DNA of 64,000 bases from Candidatus Enterousia sp. (GCA_045648945.1 JAZROX010000011.1:4679-68678), one strand, 5' to 3'; counted from the stretch's first letter, positions 40,658-49,522 are shown. Notes: generated by a model from the sequence alone, not told the origin. A program made the numbers and translations.

Positions 40658-41131
40658 ATGCTATATAAAAAAGACAAATGGTATTTTTACAGTTTGTTTG
40701 TTGGGGCTGTATTGCTTGGTTCATTTTGTGAATTCAAACCAAAACCGGAACTTTATTCAGACCTTATAACATTTATATCAATTTTAATTGGTTTTCAAAT
40801 AACTTCGTTTTCTATGATATTTACATCGAACGTGGTTAAAAATCTTTACAACATCAAAGATATTGAAAACAAATCTATCACATTAAAACACAGGTTAAAA
40901 AATTATTATAAATTTACGTTCAATTTAGCATTGATATCAATTGTGGCTATATTTGCTTTAAGCATGTTTAATTTCAATCAAATTTCAACTTGGTGGGGAA
41001 ATATAAGTGTGTATTGGTTTAACAGATCTATCATATTTTCCATAATAGCATTGAATATATTTGCGAACTTTAAAACAATGAATTTTTTATATAAAATTTT
41101 CATCAAAGATAACGATAAACACGAACATTAA
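40658..41131 (+). CDS. hypothetical 4-TM membrane protein (transposon cargo)
   Basis: Four hydrophobic segments including LITFISILIGFQITSFSMIF. Confidence 0.75.
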   Translation: MLYKKDKWYFYSLFVGAVLLGSFCEFKPKPELYSDLITFISILIGFQITSFSMIFTSNVVKNLYNIKDIENKSITLKHRLKNYYKFTFNLALISIVAIFALSMFNFNQISTWWGNISVYWFNRSIIFSIIALNIFANFKTMNFLYKIFIKDNDKHEH

Positions 41132-41155
41132 ACTCAATAAAACTATATAATTTGA

Positions 41156-41175
41156 AATCCGCCAAATGGCGGATT
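41156..41175. terminator. bidirectional terminator
   Basis: aatccgcca-aa-tggcggatt between convergent cargo genes. Confidence 0.6.
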
Positions 41176-41176
41176 G

Positions 41177-41557
41177 TTAACTTTCAAATTGGGCTAATAA
41201 TTGTTCCAATTCATCGTGTTCCGTCACTGGTGGCAGATCTAATTCTTTGGTATAATCCAAAAAATGTGGTCTGTGTTTTGACCTGCCGTCTGAATAGACT
41301 ATGTTCGCCAGTTCATAATCGTTATGATTGGTTTCCACAAATTTCAGATTTGGAATATGCGCCAAATTGTCTCTATCAAATAAATACGGCCATTTTGCTT
41401 TAATTTGTGACAACGACTTGATTTTTGGGTTTTGTTTTTCCCAATCCATTTCTTCATCAACTTGGTCTTCAAATAATGGAACTGGTAAAACTTCTGGTTT
41501 GTCGCCAACAATCATAACCATCACAATACCGTTTGTTAATAATCTCATAGTTTTCAC
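41177..41557 (-). CDS. hypothetical protein (transposon cargo)
   Basis: 126-aa acidic ORF; start at GTG 41557 or ATG 41548 after AAAGG. Confidence 0.6.
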   Translation of the reverse strand: MKTMRLLTNGIVMVMIVGDKPEVLPVPLFEDQVDEEMDWEKQNPKIKSLSQIKAKWPYLFDRDNLAHIPNLKFVETNHNDYELANIVYSDGRSKHRPHFLDYTKELDLPPVTEHDELEQLLAQFES

Positions 41558-41803
41558 CTTTGGTTTTGTTATCTATATCCGGACATTCCGCTAAAAAATC
41601 GTTTTAGACAACAGTTTTTTCTTGGTTTTTATCTGCGAAAATCCGCGATTTTTTAATTTTTTTATATTGTCTTTCAATGGTATTTACGAATTTTTTTAAA
41701 AAATTGAAAAAACATTTTGTAGTCGCGTTCAAGATGATGAATACTATCAACAAAGGAAAGGAGAAAAATATGAAAAAAACATAAGAAACCGAAAGGATAA
41801 AAT

Positions 41804-43429
41804 ATGAAATTAGACTTTAAAAAAATTCTAAATAGAAAACAGCAAGTAATCCCTGGAACATGGGCAGATGTAAAACAAAAATATAATACTGAACAAAAAT
41901 GTGAAAAGTTATTTTTATCACATTTATGGCCTGATGGAATTGAATGTCCGAAATGTGGTTATTTCAATCAAATAACCAACAAAATACACACAGGAATTCA
42001 AAAACAAAGTGTTGAATTCAAGTGTGCAAAATGTCACAAGAAAATTATCAGACAAACCAACTGTGTTTTTACTGGGTCACCACACACTTTTCAGACGTGG
42101 TTAGAAGCGATTTATAGAGTTCCAATAAAAGAAAAATCCACTTCTTCCCAACAATTACAGGAAGAATTGGGAATTTATCAACCAAGCGCGTGGGAATTGA
42201 TTTTAAGAATTGCCCAACTTGCTAAACAACAAGATATAACGTTAAATGGGACGGTTGAAATTGACGAATGGTATGATAACAGCGACCCAAGATATAAACA
42301 CGATTATCAACAATCTATATACGGTAGCGACAAAGGTATTATTGGTGAATCTGTTCCGATTATGGGTGGTGTTCAAAGGGCAATTACAGATATAGACGAA
42401 AACGGTAAAAAAGTTGTGATACAACCTGCACAATATGTTTTTAAACAGTTAAAACTTCGTGGAGACCGTTCAGTTGCGTCACAACACATATCAGAGTTTA
42501 GAGACCAATATATACCAGACCATGAAAACGTGAATTTTTTGACATACGATGCAAAAATATACACGACAAAGGGGTTGCTCAAACACCATAAAGCCGTCAA
42601 ACACAATGTAAAAAACGATGAAACAGAAGAATCTGATAATAATCAACAAAATCAAACCAAACAAGAAAAAACGCCACATTGTGCAAAATACGTTGATGAG
42701 GACGGAAATCATACGAATAACGTGGAAGGATTGTTTTCCAGAGTTTCAAAATATAAAAAGGGAACTCATAATTTATTATCACCAAAATATGAACAAATGT
42801 ATTTAGATATGCAGATGTTTCGTGAAAATAACAGACACCTAACCACAGAAGAAAAAATTCACAAATATCTATCATATTTGCCAATGGTTCCACATGTAAA
42901 TATAGATGACCTTATTGGTGACGAACCAACAGGATTTTTAAAGAAAACAACACGATTTGCGTGTAAGGACCATCCAAATTTGATGAAAGAATTAAATGAT
43001 GTTCCAATTGAAAAAGTCGTTTACAGAAATGATTTTCTGAAAATGGTTCAAGATATAGGTATGGATTTGGCAGGTCCAAATGCTGAAAAAACATTGGAAA
43101 GATTGTATATGCGTCAAGCAATGAAACAAGTGTTGCCAGAATTCGTGGAATTAGCCAAAAATATGGATGAAGCCACACAGGCGGAATTTTATGAACATAT
43201 TTTGAATGAATTGACAGAAATACCTTGGGATGAAAGATATTGGTTTATAAATAACGATTTGAAAAACAGGTTAGATATTGGCGAAATCGTTCATTCTGAT
43301 AAAAATGTTCCTGGTGAACCAGAACAATTTAAACAACGAATGACGGCTAGAAAACAACGGGAAAACGCGAAAAAAAGACGTCAAGAAAAGAAAGAAAACG
43401 AAAAGAAAAAATCCGAAGAAAAATCCTAA
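41804..43429 (+). CDS. divergent IS1595-family transposase-like protein with C-terminal extension
   Basis: WPDGIECPKC..CAKC Zn ribbon, SSQQLQEELGIYQPSAW HTH, VEIDEWY, TNNVEG; second catalytic motif reads LTYD; ~190-aa extra C-terminal region. Confidence 0.85.
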   Translation: MKLDFKKILNRKQQVIPGTWADVKQKYNTEQKCEKLFLSHLWPDGIECPKCGYFNQITNKIHTGIQKQSVEFKCAKCHKKIIRQTNCVFTGSPHTFQTWLEAIYRVPIKEKSTSSQQLQEELGIYQPSAWELILRIAQLAKQQDITLNGTVEIDEWYDNSDPRYKHDYQQSIYGSDKGIIGESVPIMGGVQRAITDIDENGKKVVIQPAQYVFKQLKLRGDRSVASQHISEFRDQYIPDHENVNFLTYDAKIYTTKGLLKHHKAVKHNVKNDETEESDNNQQNQTKQEKTPHCAKYVDEDGNHTNNVEGLFSRVSKYKKGTHNLLSPKYEQMYLDMQMFRENNRHLTTEEKIHKYLSYLPMVPHVNIDDLIGDEPTGFLKKTTRFACKDHPNLMKELNDVPIEKVVYRNDFLKMVQDIGMDLAGPNAEKTLERLYMRQAMKQVLPEFVELAKNMDEATQAEFYEHILNELTEIPWDERYWFINNDLKNRLDIGEIVHSDKNVPGEPEQFKQRMTARKQRENAKKRRQEKKENEKKKSEEKS

Positions 43430-43494
43430 AAAATCGTTGTCTTCCAATAAAAAATAGCGGACCGTTATAGTGTAAAAACAAAAGGATTTATACT

Positions 43495-44484
43495 ATGGCG
43501 TTTCAAAGTATTCATAAGTTAATGCAAGAATACAACACAGAAGATAAATGTCGCGAATGGTTCGTTCATCATCGTTGGCCTAACGGTGTTGAATGTCCAT
43601 TCTGCGGTAATAAAGACGGTCAAAAAACGATTTGTCGTTTAACCAAAGGTGCTGAAAAAGGCTGTTTTCTGTGTCGTGCTTGCAAAAAGAAATTTTCAGT
43701 TCGGAATAATTCATTTATGGGTAAATCACGTATTCCATATTCTAAATGGTTAATGGCGATTTATTTCGTTATCAACCATAAACGCGGTATTTCGTCTTTA
43801 CAACTGGCGCGTAATATCGGTGTCACCCAATCAACAGCATGGTTTATGGCTCAACGTATATTCAATATCGTAAATTCAGATAATGCTGTTTTGAATGGTA
43901 TTGTTGAAATGGACGAAGTTTATATCGGTGGTGCTGAAAAAAACAAACGTCCAGACAGACGCGTCAATAATTCAAACAAGTATCTTAACGATAAAATGTC
44001 TGTTTTGGGTATGTTGGAACGTGGCGGAAAAGTTATTTTACGTCAATACGAAGGCAAACAATATAAATACATGGAACCAGTTATTGAACATCATATCGGT
44101 AAAAACGCGACAGTATATACTGACGAAAGTCCACTTTATAAAGGCGGAATAAATGGTCGTCAGCATAATTGCGTAAATCACAGTAAAGGTATTTATGGAA
44201 TCGGCAGTATCACAACGAACAGGATTGAGGGTATGTTTTCACAGTTAAAACGTATGATTTTGGGTATTCACGTGTTCGTGACACGTGGACACTTTAAACG
44301 TTATGCTGATATGTTCAGTTTCAGAATGGACACGCGTGAATTGACTGAATACGAACGTTTAGATTTGTTAATGACACAAGTCAACGGAACACGTATCAAA
44401 TTTGACGAAATATCGTGTCATGGTAATCCAGGAACGAAAAAATGGTTTCCACACTACGGAAGCAAAAGAAAAATTGTTTTATAA
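43495..44484 (+). CDS. IS1595-family transposase
   Basis: RWPNGVECPFC..CRAC, ISSLQLARNIGVTQSTAW, VEMDEVYIGG, VYTDE, TTNRIEG. Confidence 0.95.
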   Translation: MAFQSIHKLMQEYNTEDKCREWFVHHRWPNGVECPFCGNKDGQKTICRLTKGAEKGCFLCRACKKKFSVRNNSFMGKSRIPYSKWLMAIYFVINHKRGISSLQLARNIGVTQSTAWFMAQRIFNIVNSDNAVLNGIVEMDEVYIGGAEKNKRPDRRVNNSNKYLNDKMSVLGMLERGGKVILRQYEGKQYKYMEPVIEHHIGKNATVYTDESPLYKGGINGRQHNCVNHSKGIYGIGSITTNRIEGMFSQLKRMILGIHVFVTRGHFKRYADMFSFRMDTRELTEYERLDLLMTQVNGTRIKFDEISCHGNPGTKKWFPHYGSKRKIVL

Positions 44485-44499
44485 CCGAAAGGATTTAAA

Positions 44500-44658
44500 A
44501 TGGGAACAGCAGTTCAAATGGGTGATGAAATAGTCGTGTCAAATTCAATCGGAAGTGTGACACGAAAATTCAAAGGACGTTTAATCAGTTATATTAACGG
44601 AATCTTGACCTATGTGCCATTCAATGGCGGTTTATGTTCAATGTATGTTGGATTATAA
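44500..44658 (+). CDS. small hypothetical protein (52 aa)
   Basis: ATG after AAAGGATTT RBS (as for the element's other genes), MGTAVQMGDEIVV...YVGL, followed by a terminator-like hairpin. Confidence 0.4.
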   Translation: MGTAVQMGDEIVVSNSIGSVTRKFKGRLISYINGILTYVPFNGGLCSMYVGL

Positions 44659-45036
44659 AATCTGTGCGATAATATGCCGCCAAACTCATAAAAAGCACCA
44701 TTTTCTTACGAAAACTGGTGTTTTTTAATTCCTTTGCCAGCATGTGTGCAAATATTATAAAAACATTTTGTAGTTCAGATTTGATTATGATAAATTCGTA
44801 TGGGAATATTTTTTCAAAAATCATGTGATAACCATAAAAATGTTTTCTCGTAAATTGTTGAAAAAATATTTTTTTGATATTTAATAGAGTTTTTGCTTTG
44901 TTTGTTCAGTAAAAACAATATGTTATATGTGTTCAAACACAATATTTAAACTACAACGAGTCGAGTAGCCATATAATTACCTATTTTGTGGTTTTCCCCT
45001 TGACCCCAAAAAAGGATTTTTGATAGAATAAGAATT

Positions 45037-45239
45037 GAACCAGGGTGGGAGCCCGCGGTTCGGGGCTGTGACAAGCCTGTGCCAGTTCGACGCAGGAAGG
45101 TTTTCCGTGTGCCGTGAAATATTCCCCGATATTTCGTCGGGGTGCCGATGGTTATAATGCGCTGTCAAAAGGCCTATCGGAATCACTTAACTGGTATGAT
45201 TTGTCAACGCCCCGACCGTCAGGATTCCTGGCGGTTTTT
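45037..45239 (+). ncRNA. candidate structured leader RNA/attenuator (copy C)
   Basis: TTGACC-N18-TAGAAT promoter; GGGT-GGGA-GCCC hairpin, tgacaag..tgccagtt / aactggta..tttgtca stem, terminator accgtcaggattcctggcggttttt. Confidence 0.72.
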
Positions 45240-45247
45240 AAAACCCC

Positions 45248-45302
45248 AAAAGTCCCCTTCACATTGTGAAGGGGTGGCACACGAAGTGTGGCGGGGTAGA
45301 CC
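45248..45302 (+). repeat. REP-like double hairpin between leader terminator and RBS
   Basis: Inverted near-identical copy of 29093-29147. Confidence 0.85.
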
Positions 45303-45315
45303 AAGGAGGAAAAAT

Positions 45316-46293
45316 ATGAGAAAATTTTTAATATTGGTAATCTGTGCAATTTTTGCCCTGCCCGCGTTCGCGGCGGGTGAAAATGTCGCGACCAGCAAGG
45401 CCTTTGTTGACACCGCCGTTGCACAAAAACAGGATAAAATTTCCGCAAATTCCGGCACGGCCCAGGTTTTAACCAACACCGGTTCCGCCGGCACCGTCGG
45501 AACAAAAGATGTCTATGATTCGTCCGCCGCATATGCAAATCAAACAACGGCCCTGGTCGACGCACAAAATATGAACGCCGCCGTGCAGGCCGCCATCGAC
45601 ACAGAATTCGAATGTATTCAATACGATTCAAACAATGAATGTTTATTGGTGCGGGTGGTCGCCCCGGCCCAATTGCCAAGTGGTTACACCGCATTAAGAT
45701 ATATCGAAAGCACCGGAACACAGTATATCGACCTTGGGATGCCAATTGGGTCCACCGAAAATATAACGGCGAAATTTGTATATTTGAATAGCGTTGGAAG
45801 TGGATGGTTCGGGGCCGCCGACGGGACCGATTGGCGGTCACCAAGATTCACGTTTTCATACCCTAGCGGCTACCCGTCAACATTCATGATATATTCCACC
45901 GCAAATACAAATTTAAACGCAATGTATTATTACGCTGGATCCCCATGTGCTATTGGAACACCATATATAATCAATTGGTATGGAAATCCATATAAAACCG
46001 CACAATTGTATCCAAATATAAGTTGGGAGGTTACATATCACGAAGTTTATACCCCAACCAGAAATGCGTATTTGTTTTACGTAAATTATCCTGGTTTTGA
46101 AATTTCTGCAACTACACGCAGTATGCGAATTTATTATTTTCGGGTAGAGGGAAAATTGGACCTGATTCCGGCGCGGCGTGATAGTGATGGCGAATTGGGG
46201 ATGTATGATTTGGTGTCGGGAACATTCCTTACAAATTCTGGCACCGGTAATTTCATCGCCGGCCCGATGATATATATGCCATCCGGAAATTAA
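45316..46293 (+). CDS. secreted fibre/adhesin-like protein, family member C
   Basis: 325 aa, close paralogue of 28102-29079 in the opposite orientation; AAGGAGG RBS. Confidence 0.88.
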   Translation: MRKFLILVICAIFALPAFAAGENVATSKAFVDTAVAQKQDKISANSGTAQVLTNTGSAGTVGTKDVYDSSAAYANQTTALVDAQNMNAAVQAAIDTEFECIQYDSNNECLLVRVVAPAQLPSGYTALRYIESTGTQYIDLGMPIGSTENITAKFVYLNSVGSGWFGAADGTDWRSPRFTFSYPSGYPSTFMIYSTANTNLNAMYYYAGSPCAIGTPYIINWYGNPYKTAQLYPNISWEVTYHEVYTPTRNAYLFYVNYPGFEISATTRSMRIYYFRVEGKLDLIPARRDSDGELGMYDLVSGTFLTNSGTGNFIAGPMIYMPSGN

Positions 46294-46332
46294 AGTCTTG
46301 CGCGGGCGCGAAAATCCGGCTATAATTCCAAT

Positions 46333-47049
46333 ATGATATATACCGATGCACATTGTCATATAGCGCCCGGTGCCGAAGTTCCGGAAATTGCGTGTCGCGT
46401 CTTTGACGCCGCGCGGCCGGCCGATTGGGAAAACGCAATTGATATTGCCGAACGTGACGATGACAAAAACTTTGCCGCGATTGGTATTCACCCATGGTAT
46501 ATTGCGGATGCCGAACCCGATTTTGCAACCACTATGGCGGACATTTTGGCGGCGCATCCGAATATGATGGTTGGGGAAATCGGCGTTGATAAATTTCATC
46601 CAAACATGCCGCGTCAGTTGGAAACCTTGGTAACCCAGTTGGAAATTGCCGCACGATTTCGGCGGCCGATTCATTTGCACTGTGTTGGTGCGTGGGACAA
46701 AGTTTTGCATATATTCCGCGAACATGAACGCGCCATGCCCCCCACCGTTGTGGCGCATAGTTTTTCGGGTGACGTGAATCAAATTCAGACAATGGCCGAC
46801 AAATACAATATGTATTTTTCATATTCCGTTGCGCACGCGGATGGCGATATGACGGCACGTATATCCGCCACGCCAATGGATAGGATTTTGGCCGAAACCG
46901 ATAGTTTTAACCCGTTGGACGAAATTTCGGAATTGGACGCGATTGTAAATATGATTGCGGGCCTGGGTGGGCGTGACGTGGACGAGGTTGCCGAACAAAT
47001 CTATCAAAATATTCAAAGGATTATAAGTTATGTCCGACCGATTGGTTAG
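46333..47049 (+). CDS. tatD: TatD family hydrolase
   Basis: DAHCH, GIHPW, VGEIGVD, HLHC, HSFSG, LAETD. Confidence 0.9.
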   Translation: MIYTDAHCHIAPGAEVPEIACRVFDAARPADWENAIDIAERDDDKNFAAIGIHPWYIADAEPDFATTMADILAAHPNMMVGEIGVDKFHPNMPRQLETLVTQLEIAARFRRPIHLHCVGAWDKVLHIFREHERAMPPTVVAHSFSGDVNQIQTMADKYNMYFSYSVAHADGDMTARISATPMDRILAETDSFNPLDEISELDAIVNMIAGLGGRDVDEVAEQIYQNIQRIISYVRPIG

Positions 47050-47707
47050 AACCCGCGCATTATTGGGTGATGAAAAAATCAAAAAATTATGGGACGCCAC
47101 CGTTATGGTTTTCGGGTGCGGTGCGGTTGGTTCTTTTGCGATTGAATCTTTGGCACGATCGGGTGTTGGAAATATAATTTTATTGGACTTTGACGTGGTC
47201 GAAGAATCAAATATAAATCGCCAAATTTTTGCGGTCGAATCAACACTGGGGCGCAAGAAAGTTGACGTTGCCCGGGAACGAATTGCCGATATTAATCCGA
47301 ATATAAATGTGACCACGTTCGATGTGTTTTTTGATGAAAATAGTGCCCTGCCCGTGCGGCCGGATTTTGTGATTGATGCGATTGATACGGTCAAATCTAA
47401 ATTGGCAATTTATCGTTGGTGCAAACAAAATAAAATACCGTTTATATCGTCTATGGGCGCGGCGCGCAAAACCGACCCGACCAAGATAAAAATCGATAAG
47501 ATTTCCAAGACTTTTGCGTGTCCTTTGGCGGCGACAATTCGCCGGATGGTCCGGAATGAACGTATTGGGGATTTCCCGGTTGTTTTTTCGACCGAAACGC
47601 CGGTGCCACACAAATCGCCGGTCAAAGACTTTGGTTCGATTATAACCGTGACCGGCGCGTTTGGGTTATTTATGGCAAATTATGCAATCAAGAAAATAAC
47701 CGCGTAA
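47030..47707 (+). CDS. tcdA: ThiF-family tRNA threonylcarbamoyladenosine dehydratase
   Basis: GCGAVGS..ESLARSG, SNINRQ, VIDAID, SSMGAA.KTDPT, CPLA, VVFSTE. Confidence 0.88.
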   Translation: MSDRLVRTRALLGDEKIKKLWDATVMVFGCGAVGSFAIESLARSGVGNIILLDFDVVEESNINRQIFAVESTLGRKKVDVARERIADINPNINVTTFDVFFDENSALPVRPDFVIDAIDTVKSKLAIYRWCKQNKIPFISSMGAARKTDPTKIKIDKISKTFACPLAATIRRMVRNERIGDFPVVFSTETPVPHKSPVKDFGSIITVTGAFGLFMANYAIKKITA

Positions 47708-47755
47708 AAAATCACCCCGCATTTGCGGGGCAATCACTTTGCTTTATTTAACGAC

Positions 47756-49522
47756 TTATTTTTCATTGATACCGAATTCTTGCGCGAAACGCCCAATCAA
47801 AGCCTTGGTATATTCCCACGCATCTTCGGCATCGGCCGCGTTCTGGTCCGCCGCGCGTTTTGCTTTTGTTGCGGCATCAAACGCGTTGCGGTCTTGTTTT
47901 TCTTGTTCTTTACACGCGTTCAATATTTGAACCTGGATTTCTTTGACGCGTGCCGCGGCCGCTTTGATTTCGGCATTGGCCGGCGAGAGTTCTTGCAAAG
48001 CGTCGTCTATGCCATAGCCAGGCTTTTGAACACGGTACAATATGGCGTCATATTTCTGTTCCGCCTGGTTTTGTTCTGCCTGGGCCTGTTTCAACTGGTC
48101 CAGCAAGGATTTTAAAATCTGATCGAACGTGCGCAGTTCTTGAACGTTTTTCGGCGTCGAAATCGGCAACACGTATTTTTTTGCTTTGTCGGTCGATTCC
48201 GCCGGTTTGGCGTTCGGTTTGTCGACCACCACCAATTTTACGGTTTTGGCCGTTTTTTTGGCCCGTTTGTTCGATTTATTGGCTGGACGGCCTCTTTTGC
48301 GTTCACCACCGAACAAAGCAATAAATTGGTCAACGAATTCAATCTTGACGGCCGATTTGTCGCCCGGTTTTTGGGTAGAAATGAACCAGTTTTTAACCTC
48401 TTCCATACGTTCGGGTGTTGCTTTTTTCAAAAACACGTCCATCCGAAAGCGTAAAGCTTTGGTGGCCAACCCCATTTTAGGTGCCAAATCCGAAATTTTA
48501 ACCGCTTTATTCGGATCAAAGCGTTTGGTTTTGGTGCGTTTTTCGGCCTTTGGTTTTTTAGCGAAAACCAAAGCGCGCAGATTCTGAAAATCTTCAAAAT
48601 ATTCGGCATAGAACCCCCGGCGGGTTGGTGTAAAATACTTTTCGACCTCTGGGAATTTCTTTTTTATGGCATATTTTATGACGGTGACTTTTTTGCACTT
48701 TTGTTGATCGTTTTCGCCGTTCAGTCCCATTTTGTCGGCCAATTGCACGATTGTCCATACGTCTTTTGAAGTTTTTACAACATGCATTTCATCGATTAAT
48801 TTTTTTAATTCTTCAAAGTGCGCCATATTGAAAAGTTTTCCGTCACTGCCGTGGCATTCGAACCATTTTTCGATTTCCGAATGGGTTTTGCTTAATTTAT
48901 ATTTGGTTTTATAAAATTGACCGATGTTTTCAAAACCCAATGCGACATACAATTCTTCGTATGTCACCCATTGTTTGGCAATTGGCACAACGCGTTCAAA
49001 ATTGTCGACCGCGTCACCCCAACGGTTCAATTCTGCGACCGCATTATCCCAGCGTTCTGCAACAATACCGTACAGAGCCATTGATTTTTGATTGGCCGCC
49101 CGTTCAATCCCAAGGCGTGACGACTGTTCGTATTTCCGTGCCCGAGAATTTGCCAAGCCTTTTTCAAGCGCTTCCGTATCTGGACGCAAGCGTTGTTTCG
49201 CGGCTTGGATGCTTTTTTGCAAGATTTTAATATCTGCATCGGACATTTTGTTCAAAATATCGGAGCAATTGACACCGTCCAACGCGATGGATATCGCGTG
49301 CATCGCATAAAAACATCTTACATTGTGATCGTCTGTCACTTGGCTCAGATTTTTTATTGTTTCCGGTTTGGTGATAAGGTCCAATGCGATATTTTTGTTA
49401 AACTGTTTCTTTTTAGCGTTCCATGCGCCCAACAAATTCGCAACAAATTCGGAATCTTGTTTGGAAATTGCCAAAAGTTTATCCTCGGCGCTTTTTTGAA
49501 CACGTTCACTCTGTTTTGTCAT
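47756..49522 (-). CDS. hypothetical protein with three HTH-like repeats, an AT-hook and a coiled coil
   Basis: Repeats beginning VTYEELYVALGF / WTIVQLADKMGL / VKISDLAPKMGL; RKRGRP motif. Confidence 0.75.
   Translation of the reverse strand: MTKQSERVQKSAEDKLLAISKQDSEFVANLLGAWNAKKKQFNKNIALDLITKPETIKNLSQVTDDHNVRCFYAMHAISIALDGVNCSDILNKMSDADIKILQKSIQAAKQRLRPDTEALEKGLANSRARKYEQSSRLGIERAANQKSMALYGIVAERWDNAVAELNRWGDAVDNFERVVPIAKQWVTYEELYVALGFENIGQFYKTKYKLSKTHSEIEKWFECHGSDGKLFNMAHFEELKKLIDEMHVVKTSKDVWTIVQLADKMGLNGENDQQKCKKVTVIKYAIKKKFPEVEKYFTPTRRGFYAEYFEDFQNLRALVFAKKPKAEKRTKTKRFDPNKAVKISDLAPKMGLATKALRFRMDVFLKKATPERMEEVKNWFISTQKPGDKSAVKIEFVDQFIALFGGERKRGRPANKSNKRAKKTAKTVKLVVVDKPNAKPAESTDKAKKYVLPISTPKNVQELRTFDQILKSLLDQLKQAQAEQNQAEQKYDAILYRVQKPGYGIDDALQELSPANAEIKAAAARVKEIQVQILNACKEQEKQDRNAFDAATKAKRAADQNAADAEDAWEYTKALIGRFAQEFGINEK

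Larger units (their letters stand above)
37803..44981. mobile_element. 7,179-bp IS1595-family transposon with passenger genes
   Basis: Perfect 22-bp terminal inverted repeats ggtaattatatggctactcgac (37803-37824 / 44960-44981), 8-bp target duplication TATTTTGT (37795-37802 / 44982-44989), AT-rich interior, two IS1595-type transposases and a serine recombinase. Confidence 0.92.

Noticed and set aside
28261-46140. Diversity-generating retroelement TR/VR pair (adhesins B and C)
   Set aside because: Differences are not confined to adenines of one copy, both copies are full genes, and no reverse transcriptase is present.
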